The notes beneath the pieces were generated by a model. It did not search any database. It was not told the DNA's origin and was given only the letters and a program-made list of their open reading frames with translations. Below, one piece after another: positions 51,472-61,771 of a DNA stretch of 64,000 nucleotides. Made by a program: the position numbers and the translations under genes. The stretch lies in the IMG/VR virus record IMGVR_UViG_2695420521_000002, positions 32,001 to 96,000 of that record. One strand, given 5' to 3'. Source of the stretch: a virus (taxonomy: Duplodnaviria > Heunggongvirae > Uroviricota > Caudoviricetes). Positions within the stretch are counted from its first letter, which is position 1. Each line of letters opens with the position of its first letter.

Positions 51472-52110
51472 ATGAGAAAACTATTACTACCGTTATTATT
51501 TATGGCTGGGACTGTTAATGCAGCATCAAGTGTAAAGGAGATTTGTACCGACTACACGAAATACCTTGGGCACGTTTACGGTTTCACTGTCAGTCAAGAC
51601 GGCAAGATGAAAAAAGCTCTCCAGAATGATATGACGCGCTTAAGTTTGTCTGAAGCAATGGTTCAGCAAGAAATATATAAGGTTGCGACAGATGATGCTG
51701 CAAAAATGTATTATTCGAAATTTCTTAATCCTAATCTTAATGAATATAACCGTTCGGCTTTTAATCAGATGGTAGCGTATTGTGAAACTGCACCAGATAT
51801 GATGATTCCTAGTTGGGCTGTATTAGTGGCTAATGGAAAAATTCGCAAAGAAGACCAAGGAAAATCTTTAAGTAGCTATATAAATAGCGAACAATTTCTG
51901 AATGCGCGTGGCATGCGCACTCAAAATACTCAAGGTGCGCTTGAGCGGAGGGCTTTAGGGAGTGCTGATGCAAATGATACTGATAATTTGACCCCAGGAA
52001 TAAAAAAATGTGTTGAAACTAAGTTAGCTCTAATGAAACGGGACAGCCCTAACATTCCTGTTTCACAACTTACCGCTACGGCAACTAGTCTCTGCAAAGA
52101 CGGGCTTTAA
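51472..52110 (+). CDS. secreted protein, candidate Sim-like superinfection exclusion factor
   Basis: cleavable signal peptide MRKLLLPLLFMAGTVNA; start at ATG 51472 with GGTGAGG RBS; AT-rich; positional analogy only. Confidence 0.45.
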   Translation: MRKLLLPLLFMAGTVNAASSVKEICTDYTKYLGHVYGFTVSQDGKMKKALQNDMTRLSLSEAMVQQEIYKVATDDAAKMYYSKFLNPNLNEYNRSAFNQMVAYCETAPDMMIPSWAVLVANGKIRKEDQGKSLSSYINSEQFLNARGMRTQNTQGALERRALGSADANDTDNLTPGIKKCVETKLALMKRDSPNIPVSQLTATATSLCKDGL

Positions 52111-52139
52111 ATGTAAAGATATTCGAAGGATAGTGATAA

Positions 52140-52922
52140 GTGAAAAAATTAATGTTTAAACTATTGTTGCCGTTTGCTTTTGTTAGCAGCTATTCATTTG
52201 CAAATTCAATAGCTATTCCTAATGAGTATTCTGTTTCCGAGAAGGACTATAATTTAGTCAGAAACTATATGGTATCTGCTTCGCTTGCATATACTATGAA
52301 TACGAAAGCTACTGTTTTTAGCTTGCCATCAGATATTGTTGATTCATTCAAGAAAAATGAAATAGCAGCCTTAGATGAATGGAGTCAAACTTCTAGAATT
52401 TGGGGTAAGATCGAAAGAATAACATTGTCTAATGGGTATCCTGTTATTGAGCTTGTAAGCCCAGGACAAGCAAAATCGTCTTTGAACTATATAAGATTAG
52501 AAGATACGACTGGCAACAGTCACATAGTAAAAGAACTAACAAAAGAACAAGAAATTTATTCATTATGTTCTGGTGTTAAATTTAGACAAATTCCCACATT
52601 TCAGTATTGCTCATTCTATCTTAATCCTATTGAAGCAAATCTGGAATATGTTGGTAACTATTTCATTCCTCAATATAAAGATAATTTAATAAAGACAGTA
52701 GCCGAGAATAGAACGCTACCGATTGGCGCGTTGACAACAAGATTTATCGGGTACATTATGCTTGTTGGTATTTCTAAAAATAAAAACGATATGGAAAAAA
52801 TAAATTCGTGCACTCCATGGAAGAAAGAATGCAAATCGTATTATGAGTCAATAATAGTAAATGCAACAAAATACTATGCCGATAATGCGAAAGGCTTGGC
52901 TGATTATCTTGAAAAGCTTTAA
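52140..52922 (+). CDS. secreted protein of unknown function
   Basis: 260 aa, GTG start after AAGGA, signal peptide, AT-rich. Confidence 0.45.
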   Translation: MKKLMFKLLLPFAFVSSYSFANSIAIPNEYSVSEKDYNLVRNYMVSASLAYTMNTKATVFSLPSDIVDSFKKNEIAALDEWSQTSRIWGKIERITLSNGYPVIELVSPGQAKSSLNYIRLEDTTGNSHIVKELTKEQEIYSLCSGVKFRQIPTFQYCSFYLNPIEANLEYVGNYFIPQYKDNLIKTVAENRTLPIGALTTRFIGYIMLVGISKNKNDMEKINSCTPWKKECKSYYESIIVNATKYYADNAKGLADYLEKL

Positions 52923-52956
52923 TGCAACATAATATATCTCAAGTCATATACAGAAT

Positions 52957-52990
52957 GCGCCCGTTTGTGGGCGCTGTAGTTATTTTATCT
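52957..52990 (+). terminator. terminator-like hairpin
   Basis: gcgccc-gtttgt-gggcgc followed by T-rich tract. Confidence 0.5.
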
Positions 52991-53015
52991 AATGGCAATA
53001 TTGTTACACGATGAA

Positions 53016-53036
53016 CAAATGACTACTCGTAGAATC
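53016..53036 (+). promoter_or_regulatory. late-promoter-like motif
   Basis: caaatgact-actcg-tagaatc; -10-like hexamer inside 9-bp inverted repeat cgtagaatc/gattctacg. Confidence 0.5.
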
Positions 53037-53042
53037 GGTTAA

Positions 53043-53633
<591 letters not shown>

Positions 53634-53643
53634 GAGGGCTGAT

Positions 53644-54255
53644 ATGGGGTTTAATGTTGCTTCAGTAAAGTCTTATGTATCTTCGGCATTAACGACGACA
53701 TTATTTGGCTCCGGCGTTGGTGAACGGGAAGTTGGTAAGCTGACGTCAGTCATCATGAACAAAATGCTGTTTGCGCAAGGATGGCAGTTCTCTGTCGAAG
53801 TTGATGGACTGGAGGGGGCAGACTTCTTTGCCAAAGATATTACCTACCACGATTACAGCATCGAATATGAAACGATTAAAATCGGCGGAGGGAATATCCT
53901 TCAACCAACGGAGCGTTCGCCTGGGCAGATAACAATGATGGTCAGGGATACCGTTGATGGCCTCGTTTTGGACTGGTTTAAGACGGCAAAAAGTCGGGTG
54001 ATCAATCCGGACGGTACCGGGAATATACCGTCTAAATATTTGCTCAATGTGCGTATTTATCGGTTGCTGTCTTCCGGCTTAACCAAACTGGAAAATGAGA
54101 TGACGGTATTCCCGGTCACTACCGGCGATATCACCTATGCGCGAGATCAGGTTACTGAATTTAAGTCATTCCCAATGACCTTCGCATTGCACAGCACGTT
54201 TAACCAATCCTCAAGTTCTTTGGCTTCCCTTCTGGGCTTTAGTTTTTCTCTTTGA
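53644..54255 (+). CDS. putative tail tube protein (positional)
   Basis: 203-aa ORF in the operon position of the P1 tube gene. Confidence 0.35.
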   Translation: MGFNVASVKSYVSSALTTTLFGSGVGEREVGKLTSVIMNKMLFAQGWQFSVEVDGLEGADFFAKDITYHDYSIEYETIKIGGGNILQPTERSPGQITMMVRDTVDGLVLDWFKTAKSRVINPDGTGNIPSKYLLNVRIYRLLSSGLTKLENEMTVFPVTTGDITYARDQVTEFKSFPMTFALHSTFNQSSSSLASLLGFSFSL

Positions 54256-54269
54256 ATTAAGGAGCAAGG

Positions 54270-55151
54270 ATGCTTTTACCCCTTTTCCCGTTACCATCGC
54301 GGCCAACTGAATTGATCCAGTTTCGTCAGCCAAATATTGCTGATGCGATGCGTTTCAACTCGATAACACCGGAGGAACAAGAACAACAGACAACGGCGTA
54401 TTTAAAAGCCTTGCTGGCTGAACCCGCGAAACATGATCCACTGACATGGACGGCGCAGGACCGGATTACCGCGTTATGGTGGATATTTACCGGCTCCCGT
54501 GAAACACCGGTCGAGACATTCACCTACACCTGTAAACATTGCGGTAAAGAGCATTATTACGATTGCGATATGAATGCCCTGGCTGAAGATATCCAGGTCC
54601 TGGAAGTGGAACCGTTCATTGACGATATTGAGGTGTCTGTAGAGGGAGTGCCTTATCAATGGCGTATCGTGCCGCTTGATGGTTGGGCAATGGAAATGCT
54701 GGAGATGCGCCGTGCAGCATTGCCACCTGAAGACGACGCGGAATTCAAAGAAGCGATCGTTGATTTGCGTTTTTGGGAATTCGCTTATCAGTGTGAGCTT
54801 TATAACGATGTTAGCGGTACTCGTGAAGATCAGGCTGAGCGTCGTTATGAAACGATTAAACGGATGGCCATTGATACTGAATTTATGAAGCTGGCGGCAC
54901 ACATCCGACTGGCTCATGAAAAGCTCGTACATGGTTTGCCGTGCTACATCGATAAAGGTGAAATGCGTCTTCGTCTCCCGCCGCATAAATGCCCAAATCA
55001 GGATAAAAAGGAGTCCACAGAGGGTGCATATACCCGTCTGTGGGTGCCCTTTCGGGCTACCGACTTCATTCCACAGGTGGGGATTGAAAAGCTATCAGAC
55101 CTTAGTGTCCAACCTGGTTTTGTATGGGGGTATACCGATTCAGGACGCTGA
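54270..55151 (+). CDS. hypothetical tail-operon protein with Cys cluster
   Basis: 293 aa; CKHCGKEHYYDC motif. Confidence 0.45.
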   Translation: MLLPLFPLPSRPTELIQFRQPNIADAMRFNSITPEEQEQQTTAYLKALLAEPAKHDPLTWTAQDRITALWWIFTGSRETPVETFTYTCKHCGKEHYYDCDMNALAEDIQVLEVEPFIDDIEVSVEGVPYQWRIVPLDGWAMEMLEMRRAALPPEDDAEFKEAIVDLRFWEFAYQCELYNDVSGTREDQAERRYETIKRMAIDTEFMKLAAHIRLAHEKLVHGLPCYIDKGEMRLRLPPHKCPNQDKKESTEGAYTRLWVPFRATDFIPQVGIEKLSDLSVQPGFVWGYTDSGR

Positions 55152-55232
55152 AAGGCTTACTGAATCCTATGCGTTTTTCCTGTTGGAGAAACTGGAAGAA
55201 AAACTTAAACCGAAACGGTAGGCGATAAGATC

Positions 55233-58200
55233 ATGGAAAGAAAAAACGCCAACATTGACGATGTTATAAGGACAGTTGAAACCGCCAGCGCAAAAGAGCT
55301 GGAAGAGCTTGCAGGTATCCGGGAAGCTGTTGAAGATTTGAAAGGGGGACGCGTTGCAACTGTTGATCCTGTCTCTCGCAGCGTGTCGGCATTAAATCGC
55401 ACAATCGAAAATTCCCGGCCTGACTTTGTGGCCAAAGCGCCATCCGTAGACCCTATTGTTGACGCAATGAAACGGCTTAATTTAGGGGACGTTTCTCGTG
55501 TAGTTCAGGAAGATGTTGCTCAACAGGAACAGCGGGCCAAATCAACCACACCAAAGGGAAAAAAACGACGCAGGAAGGCTATACCAGAGGATGTAAAGGC
55601 ACAACGGACCGAAGCAGCCGAACACGCTCGCGAAATGTTCGGTCAAAAAGGCGGTGCGCAAAAAAGCCAAAACCAACGCGATGCGCGTGGTCGTTTTATT
55701 GGGAAGTCAGGGAGTAAGGCCGCAGCGGAAGATGCCCGTGCTGAACGTGCTGAAAAAGCCAGGCGCAAAGAGGATGATGAGCGTCTAAATGCTGAATCGG
55801 GTTTATTAAAAAAACTGTCAAAAGTAGCTGAAGGCATAGGTAACCCTTCAGAGACTCGTGCCGTCGATGCTTTAGGTTATGCCGTTGCTGGTCCATTGTG
55901 GGCAGCAGGAAAGGAGCTTGGCGGAATATCAAAAGAAGTTGGCGGTTCGCTTAATGGTGCCAGAAAGTCAATTGCCGATGTGATTCGTGGCAATGACGAT
56001 AACAGCCGTAGAAAAGGTTTTTTTAGGCGTAAATCGCAAAGTAGTGCCGATGTCGTTCAGGTTAACACCCAAAAACGGACGGTTCAGGAACTTCAGGATC
56101 AGACCAGCGAAATTAAAGAAGGCAATGACAAGATTCTCAGCGCCCTTGATCAGATAGCCAAAAACACCGGGAAAAAGAAGGGCGGCTTGCTGTCCAAATT
56201 ATTTAGCCTGTTAGGGAAGGGGGCCGGTGGTATTGCTTCCCTTATTTTTGGCCGTGGGGCACTAAAGAAAGTTGGCTCGATGGCACTAGGCGCTTTAGGT
56301 ATAAAAAAAGTTGCAAGCTTATTGGGCTTTGGTGGGAAAAAAGCTGCTGCCAAAGAAGCTGGCGAATTGGCTACTCGCGGTGCCGGAAAACTTGCAACTA
56401 AGGGATTGGGGAAACTAGGTGTTAAGGCTCTTGCAAAGGGGGCTTTACGCGCAATTCCGCTAGTCGGCACGGTGGCTGGAGGTATCTATGATGCGGTAAC
56501 CGGTTGGAATGATACAGAAGCACAACGTCGGACCTTTGGGCTTAAGGATGGGGAAGATCCATCTTTTCAGCAAAAAGCGGCTTATACACTGGCTAACGTT
56601 CTCGATATGGGAGGACTGGTATCTGGTATTAGCAGTGCCATTGGTGGCGTTCTCAAATCACTTGGATTTGAGGATATCGGCAATATGTTGCAATCATTTT
56701 CGACGGAAAGTATTGCACAGGCCATTGATAGTGGGATTACCAATTTAGAAACATACATTTCTAACCTTGGTGACACCATATCCACAACATTCAACGATTA
56801 CACAGCCAAGATTGGCGATGCTATTTCAGCTTGGTTCAGTGACACAACCAAGAGTCTGAACGAAAAATTAGACGCCATCAAAGACTTCTTTACTGTCGAT
56901 AACCTGAAAAAGGTTTTCAGTGATTCAATTGATAGTGCAATTGATTTCATTAAGAACCCTGGGAAATACATTAAAGAGGCTGGCAGTAATTTATGGCATA
57001 CCGTAAAAGAACATGCGGGCGAGGCAATGGATAAGACAGCAGATGCTGTTATTCAGAGTACCCCTCTTGGCTTAGTTGCATCAACATTAGTCAATAAAGC
57101 GAATGCGAAAGAGGTCACGCCTGAATTAAAAACACCTGCTAAAGAAAGTCAGGAGAGGAATACTCCTAAGTCTGAAGATATCCCTAAAAAGGCTAATATT
57201 GTCACTCGTGTTGTAAATGCATCCCTGGATACGGCTCAGAATGGCAATAAAATAGTTAAAGAGACAGCCAATCAGATTATCAATGCAAATGCCGTAGAAA
57301 CAGGAAATAAAGCGGCACAAACAATTGATGCTGCTTTGGGCCAGTCTGCTACAGGCAAGGAGGAAGCATTAAGTGCATATGAGATAGATAAACGTCGATT
57401 TAACAACGGCAAGGATGTTTCTTTGCCAAAATTAAATGCTGCCGGATACCAATGGATTTCTGACAATGCCGATTATTTTGATGAGCTTGAACGTAAGTAT
57501 GGGCTTGAAAAAGGGATTCTGTCAGCAGTTGCATCCGCAGAGTCTAGTGCTGGCCAGAGAACTGGAAATCCAGTAGACAAAAACGGAAACAAACTTTCAT
57601 CTGCCCTTGGGGCTTTTCAGATCACTAAAGGTACAAGGGAGGATCTTGGACTCAGCGATGCTGATGCCATGGATACACGAAAAGCAGCTGATGGTGCCGC
57701 CAGATACCTAAGTATGCTGATGAACCGTTATAACGGTGATCAGGGGCGTGCAATAGCTGCCTATCATGCTGGTATGGGGCATGTTGATAAGGGGAGAGTA
57801 GTCGCCGGTACCGGCGAATATGTGACTCGTGTCAGAGGGTATCAGCAGATGCTCAATAATGGTGCCGTTTATGGCTCTAAGGTAGATCATAGCGCACCAG
57901 CAATTTACGAAAAGATACCTGATAACGCCGTTATCGATCAGTCTACTGGTCTGGCGTTTACCCCTGGTGATAGCCCGTTTGAGAAAGGCGGTCTGGTAGA
58001 CAAAATCGGCAATGCTGTTGGCGTTAACGATCTGGTCAACAAATTCATGAATGGCCGGGGGATGCGTCGGGAAGTCGTCCAGGGAACCCTCGAAGAACGT
58101 GCACGAGGAAGGGGAACCGCAACGGCAGCTGGCAATGTGTATGTTGACACACCTATGCCAGTTGAAGAGGCACGTCCGGTGGCCAACAACTCAAGTTACT

Positions 58201-58625
58201 TTGACCAGCTCGGCGCACAAATGGGGATTGATGGACTGTATGACAAACTCATTAATGCCCGGGGAATGCGCTCAAATAATTCTCCTCAACCAGCTTCCAC
58301 GTCCCAGATGACGACTGTCGCCAACGATTTGCAGCAACCAACCGGTCGTATGCAGATAGACGGGCAGGTTATTAGTGACCTTGGCGGTTCCGGTGCCAAG
58401 CCGACAATGCAGTTGGCTGATAATACCGTTTCACTTGATGGTGAAACGAAGCGGCTGTTTGCGCAGATGACCTCATTGCTTGCCAGGATTGAAGAGCACA
58501 CCAAAGACTCGGCGAAAGGCCAGGGAACTGTCGTAAAGGTCAGCACGCCTCAGCCGGGCGTTATGCGCACGGTACCACTGTCAATTGATGATCCGTTGAT
58601 GAATGACTACGCGAGAGTTGATTGA
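55233..58625 (+). CDS. sit: Sit-like tape-measure / injection protein with lytic transglycosylase domain
   Basis: 1130 aa; central coiled-coil and Gly-rich segments; SLT-like motifs AESSAG...GAFQI...AYHAG near residues 760-850. Confidence 0.8.
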   Translation: MERKNANIDDVIRTVETASAKELEELAGIREAVEDLKGGRVATVDPVSRSVSALNRTIENSRPDFVAKAPSVDPIVDAMKRLNLGDVSRVVQEDVAQQEQRAKSTTPKGKKRRRKAIPEDVKAQRTEAAEHAREMFGQKGGAQKSQNQRDARGRFIGKSGSKAAAEDARAERAEKARRKEDDERLNAESGLLKKLSKVAEGIGNPSETRAVDALGYAVAGPLWAAGKELGGISKEVGGSLNGARKSIADVIRGNDDNSRRKGFFRRKSQSSADVVQVNTQKRTVQELQDQTSEIKEGNDKILSALDQIAKNTGKKKGGLLSKLFSLLGKGAGGIASLIFGRGALKKVGSMALGALGIKKVASLLGFGGKKAAAKEAGELATRGAGKLATKGLGKLGVKALAKGALRAIPLVGTVAGGIYDAVTGWNDTEAQRRTFGLKDGEDPSFQQKAAYTLANVLDMGGLVSGISSAIGGVLKSLGFEDIGNMLQSFSTESIAQAIDSGITNLETYISNLGDTISTTFNDYTAKIGDAISAWFSDTTKSLNEKLDAIKDFFTVDNLKKVFSDSIDSAIDFIKNPGKYIKEAGSNLWHTVKEHAGEAMDKTADAVIQSTPLGLVASTLVNKANAKEVTPELKTPAKESQERNTPKSEDIPKKANIVTRVVNASLDTAQNGNKIVKETANQIINANAVETGNKAAQTIDAALGQSATGKEEALSAYEIDKRRFNNGKDVSLPKLNAAGYQWISDNADYFDELERKYGLEKGILSAVASAESSAGQRTGNPVDKNGNKLSSALGAFQITKGTREDLGLSDADAMDTRKAADGAARYLSMLMNRYNGDQGRAIAAYHAGMGHVDKGRVVAGTGEYVTRVRGYQQMLNNGAVYGSKVDHSAPAIYEKIPDNAVIDQSTGLAFTPGDSPFEKGGLVDKIGNAVGVNDLVNKFMNGRGMRREVVQGTLEERARGRGTATAAGNVYVDTPMPVEEARPVANNSSYFDQLGAQMGIDGLYDKLINARGMRSNNSPQPASTSQMTTVANDLQQPTGRMQIDGQVISDLGGSGAKPTMQLADNTVSLDGETKRLFAQMTSLLARIEEHTKDSAKGQGTVVKVSTPQPGVMRTVPLSIDDPLMNDYARVD

Positions 58626-58981
58626 TGGCCAACAATAACGAAATTGATCCTTTGCTGACGCTGGAGTTATCCGGCGTAAAAACGTATGAGTCCCAGGAGG
58701 AGGCCTGGGGCGCTCGTTTATATGAGTGGCTAAACACTTATCAGGGTGAGGTATACGGAGATCCGTCATGGGGCAATGTTTTACCGCAGTTTAAACACGA
58801 ACCGACCAACTTGTCGCATGTTCAAATTGCGGTTGAGGCAATGCTTTTGCAAAAACTGACGGTAGATTTACCCGACATACCGATTTCTGGCTTGTCAGTA
58901 GCCGAGGGAGATGCTTTTGATAAGTTGAAAATATCCATTCGTATCAGGGATATAACTATCACACAGGACGTGGTGCTATGA
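58622..58981 (+). CDS. baseplate wedge protein (gpW/gp25-like)
   Basis: 119-aa ORF coupled between sit and baseplate gene. Confidence 0.4.
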   Translation: MMANNNEIDPLLTLELSGVKTYESQEEAWGARLYEWLNTYQGEVYGDPSWGNVLPQFKHEPTNLSHVQIAVEAMLLQKLTVDLPDIPISGLSVAEGDAFDKLKISIRIRDITITQDVVL

Positions 58982-60411
58982 GTAAAACAACACCGACTAA
59001 AGACAGTATTCGTGCAGAGTTTGAAGAGCTTGTCGAGAAAGATTCATTCTGGTCGAAGTTTGTCGGCTCTCAATTTGTCTCGATGCTGACATTGTTTATT
59101 ACCCAGATTGTCTACAGGTGCTTTCAGTATGCCGATGCGGCGCTGGCTGAAGGCTTTATATCGACCGCGACGCGGCGTTCCTCTATCCTGGCTGCGGCAG
59201 AAACGAACAGTTATGTTGGTACCAAGCCAACACCGTCATCGGGGATGATTGAGATCACCGCCACAAGTGAAGATGCCCCAGCAGTAATTCCCAAAAACAT
59301 GCCTTTAATATCTGACGACCAATACCCTTACATGACTATGGATGTATGCCGGTTGGTAGACGGCACCGGTACGGTAGAAGTGGCACAGTTGGAAATTCAG
59401 GAGGTGACATATACCGTTACGGCTGCCAAAGAATTTCTGGAAGTCGTGTTATCAAAGGCTCTCACTGCTGTCTGCTATAAGCTGGAAGTATTCGTGACGA
59501 CCGATGGTAAGACCACGCAGTGGTCTTCCAGCACTATGTTCCGGTTAGCCGGTAGTAAAAGCCAGGTCTACGTTGAGTTTTATAAACCATCCGAACAGTT
59601 GGGTGTCCGATTCGGCGATGGGCTAATTGGGCAAATACCGCCAGAAGGCTCGACAATTACGCTTAAGGTATGGTGCACCAACGGCGATATAACCCTGGTT
59701 GCTGGCCAAAACCTGACGCCTGTCGATTCTGCGGCTAATTTAGCTAATTTGATTTCAGTTAAGACAACGACACCTATAACCGCAGGTACCGATGCTGAAA
59801 CAACGGAGATCACACGTAACCGTGCACAATATTACCTTGCCTATGATGATCAGGTCGTATGGGGCGGGGACTATACGTATTTTCTGGTTCGTAACATCCC
59901 GGGGCTGTCCTGGGTAAAGGCATGGGGCGAAGGCCAGCAAGAGAAATTAGATGGTGCTTATAATGTTCAGAATATCAATAAGATATTTATTTCAGGATGG
60001 CATCCAAATAAAAGCCAGTCAGAGCTTGAAGAAATGATCCTGACTGCCTTTAAGAAGGTACCGAATGAACTGAACAAGAAATTCTCTTATAAAGAGGTCA
60101 GAAAACTACCATTTAAGATAACCATCACCGGACGGATATCGGCAAGCCTGACCATTGAGAATGTGACCGATGAGCTGAAGTCGGCACTGGAAACAAAATT
60201 TGGGCGCGACTCAACTTTCTTTGATCCGAATCGCGTCGGAAAGTACATCCTGATTAAGAAAAAAGACGTTTGGGCTTTTATAGAAACGCTGGGTTATTTC
60301 CGCGACTTTTATCTGGAATTTGTCGAGTGGAATGAGTCCAACGGCTTTTACGATTTCGTTTATCTGGATACAGAAAACTCCACCTTTAATATTTCGTATG
60401 AGGAGGAGTGA
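58978..60411 (+). CDS. putative baseplate protein (gpJ-like)
   Basis: 477-aa ORF, translationally coupled. Confidence 0.4.
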   Translation: MSKTTPTKDSIRAEFEELVEKDSFWSKFVGSQFVSMLTLFITQIVYRCFQYADAALAEGFISTATRRSSILAAAETNSYVGTKPTPSSGMIEITATSEDAPAVIPKNMPLISDDQYPYMTMDVCRLVDGTGTVEVAQLEIQEVTYTVTAAKEFLEVVLSKALTAVCYKLEVFVTTDGKTTQWSSSTMFRLAGSKSQVYVEFYKPSEQLGVRFGDGLIGQIPPEGSTITLKVWCTNGDITLVAGQNLTPVDSAANLANLISVKTTTPITAGTDAETTEITRNRAQYYLAYDDQVVWGGDYTYFLVRNIPGLSWVKAWGEGQQEKLDGAYNVQNINKIFISGWHPNKSQSELEEMILTAFKKVPNELNKKFSYKEVRKLPFKITITGRISASLTIENVTDELKSALETKFGRDSTFFDPNRVGKYILIKKKDVWAFIETLGYFRDFYLEFVEWNESNGFYDFVYLDTENSTFNISYEEE

Positions 60412-61247
60412 TGCAGCGTTCCTGGTTTAATAACCGGCTTACATCAGCTAAGCAAAAGTCATTGCTCTATAAATCATTGGCTGATTTGGTTCAGTCAATG
60501 ATGGATACCTTTGTTGACCCATGGTTGGAGCGAATTACCAACCGGAAGTCTATTTTTTCCATGAGCAAGGAGGATCTGGAGACCAAGACAAATGAACTTG
60601 GCCAGTTCTTTACTATCAGAACGTCGAACTCATCTTCCGTTCCGATGTTGTTACAACAGCGTCTTGATGAGATTCACTTTAAGGGGACTGAACGCCCTAT
60701 AAACCAGACAATTTACCGCGAATTTAACGGTATTTCTGTTTTATGGGATCCGATATATGCACCGGTGGACCTTGAGCGTCATCCCTATGGCACGGTTCTA
60801 ATACCAGAAAGCACACTGGAAACTACCGGCGGCACATTCGGCGAGATGTTTCTGACTTCCAGAGGGATGATCAGTATTCCCATAAACGACCTGGCCCGGA
60901 CAATGGGGATTACTGGCACGATAGATCAGTCCGCAATTACAGAAGAAATTCTCAGAAAGTTTAATCAGTTCGTAAAGCCTCTACTGCCACTGCATATAGT
61001 GTTTGATGGGCTTACGCTCTATTTGTCGGTTGTTGTAAATGAAAAGGCCGACATGATCACTTTGAACGAGATTTCTGATACCGAAAAAGCGTACTGCTGG
61101 TTTGAAACTTCGGATACAACTTCGCTTACTGGAGTTACGTCGATTAGCGCTCCGATCACTGCAACGCCGGGCGGCACTATTGTGAAAGCAACGCCTACGT
61201 TTGATCGCACCCGCGCAGATGATTTGCTGCTGGATAGCGATGCCTGA
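60408..61247 (+). CDS. putative baseplate/tail protein
   Basis: 279-aa ORF, coupled. Confidence 0.4.
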   Translation: MMQRSWFNNRLTSAKQKSLLYKSLADLVQSMMDTFVDPWLERITNRKSIFSMSKEDLETKTNELGQFFTIRTSNSSSVPMLLQQRLDEIHFKGTERPINQTIYREFNGISVLWDPIYAPVDLERHPYGTVLIPESTLETTGGTFGEMFLTSRGMISIPINDLARTMGITGTIDQSAITEEILRKFNQFVKPLLPLHIVFDGLTLYLSVVVNEKADMITLNEISDTEKAYCWFETSDTTSLTGVTSISAPITATPGGTIVKATPTFDRTRADDLLLDSDA

Positions 61248-61325
61248 TAATCACCCCGTCCGCAGGGCGGGGTGACAAGTTACTTCTCTTACAATGAGGC
61301 TTCACAACATTGATTAGGGAAAATC

Positions 61326-61760
61326 ATGTCTGACGTCTCAACAAACCTCTATAAGAGTCAGTTGTTGGACTATTACTATCAGCGGCGCGCTGAATCGTCC
61401 ATTAACAAAGGCTCTCGATTTTTAATCAGCAAGGCCGTTTTCGGTACCAGTTCACTGGTTACTAAGAAAGGAGATGGCACTTATGAGATTGGAGAACTGC
61501 CAAAGGATTTCGATCTGGCAGAACTGACCAGTCAATTTTGCACCATTAACCTCGTCCCAACCTACTCTGGCGGGATAATTACTGTCCGAATGGACCTTGA
61601 TCAAAGCCAGTTGCAGGAAGGGAAAAACTACCCATTCAACACTCTGGTTGTTCTGGATAACGAGAACAAGCCAATCGCCATTATTTGTGTCCAGGAAGAC
61701 TCGCTGTATGTGGGCAAAACATATACCGCAGTTATGGCCATAAACACGACTACAGCATAA
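61326..61760 (+). CDS. small tail protein immediately upstream of tail fibre gene
   Basis: 144-aa ORF with GGGAAAATC..ATG context. Confidence 0.4.
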   Translation: MSDVSTNLYKSQLLDYYYQRRAESSINKGSRFLISKAVFGTSSLVTKKGDGTYEIGELPKDFDLAELTSQFCTINLVPTYSGGIITVRMDLDQSQLQEGKNYPFNTLVVLDNENKPIAIICVQEDSLYVGKTYTAVMAINTTTA

Positions 61761-61771
61761 GGATATGCTTG

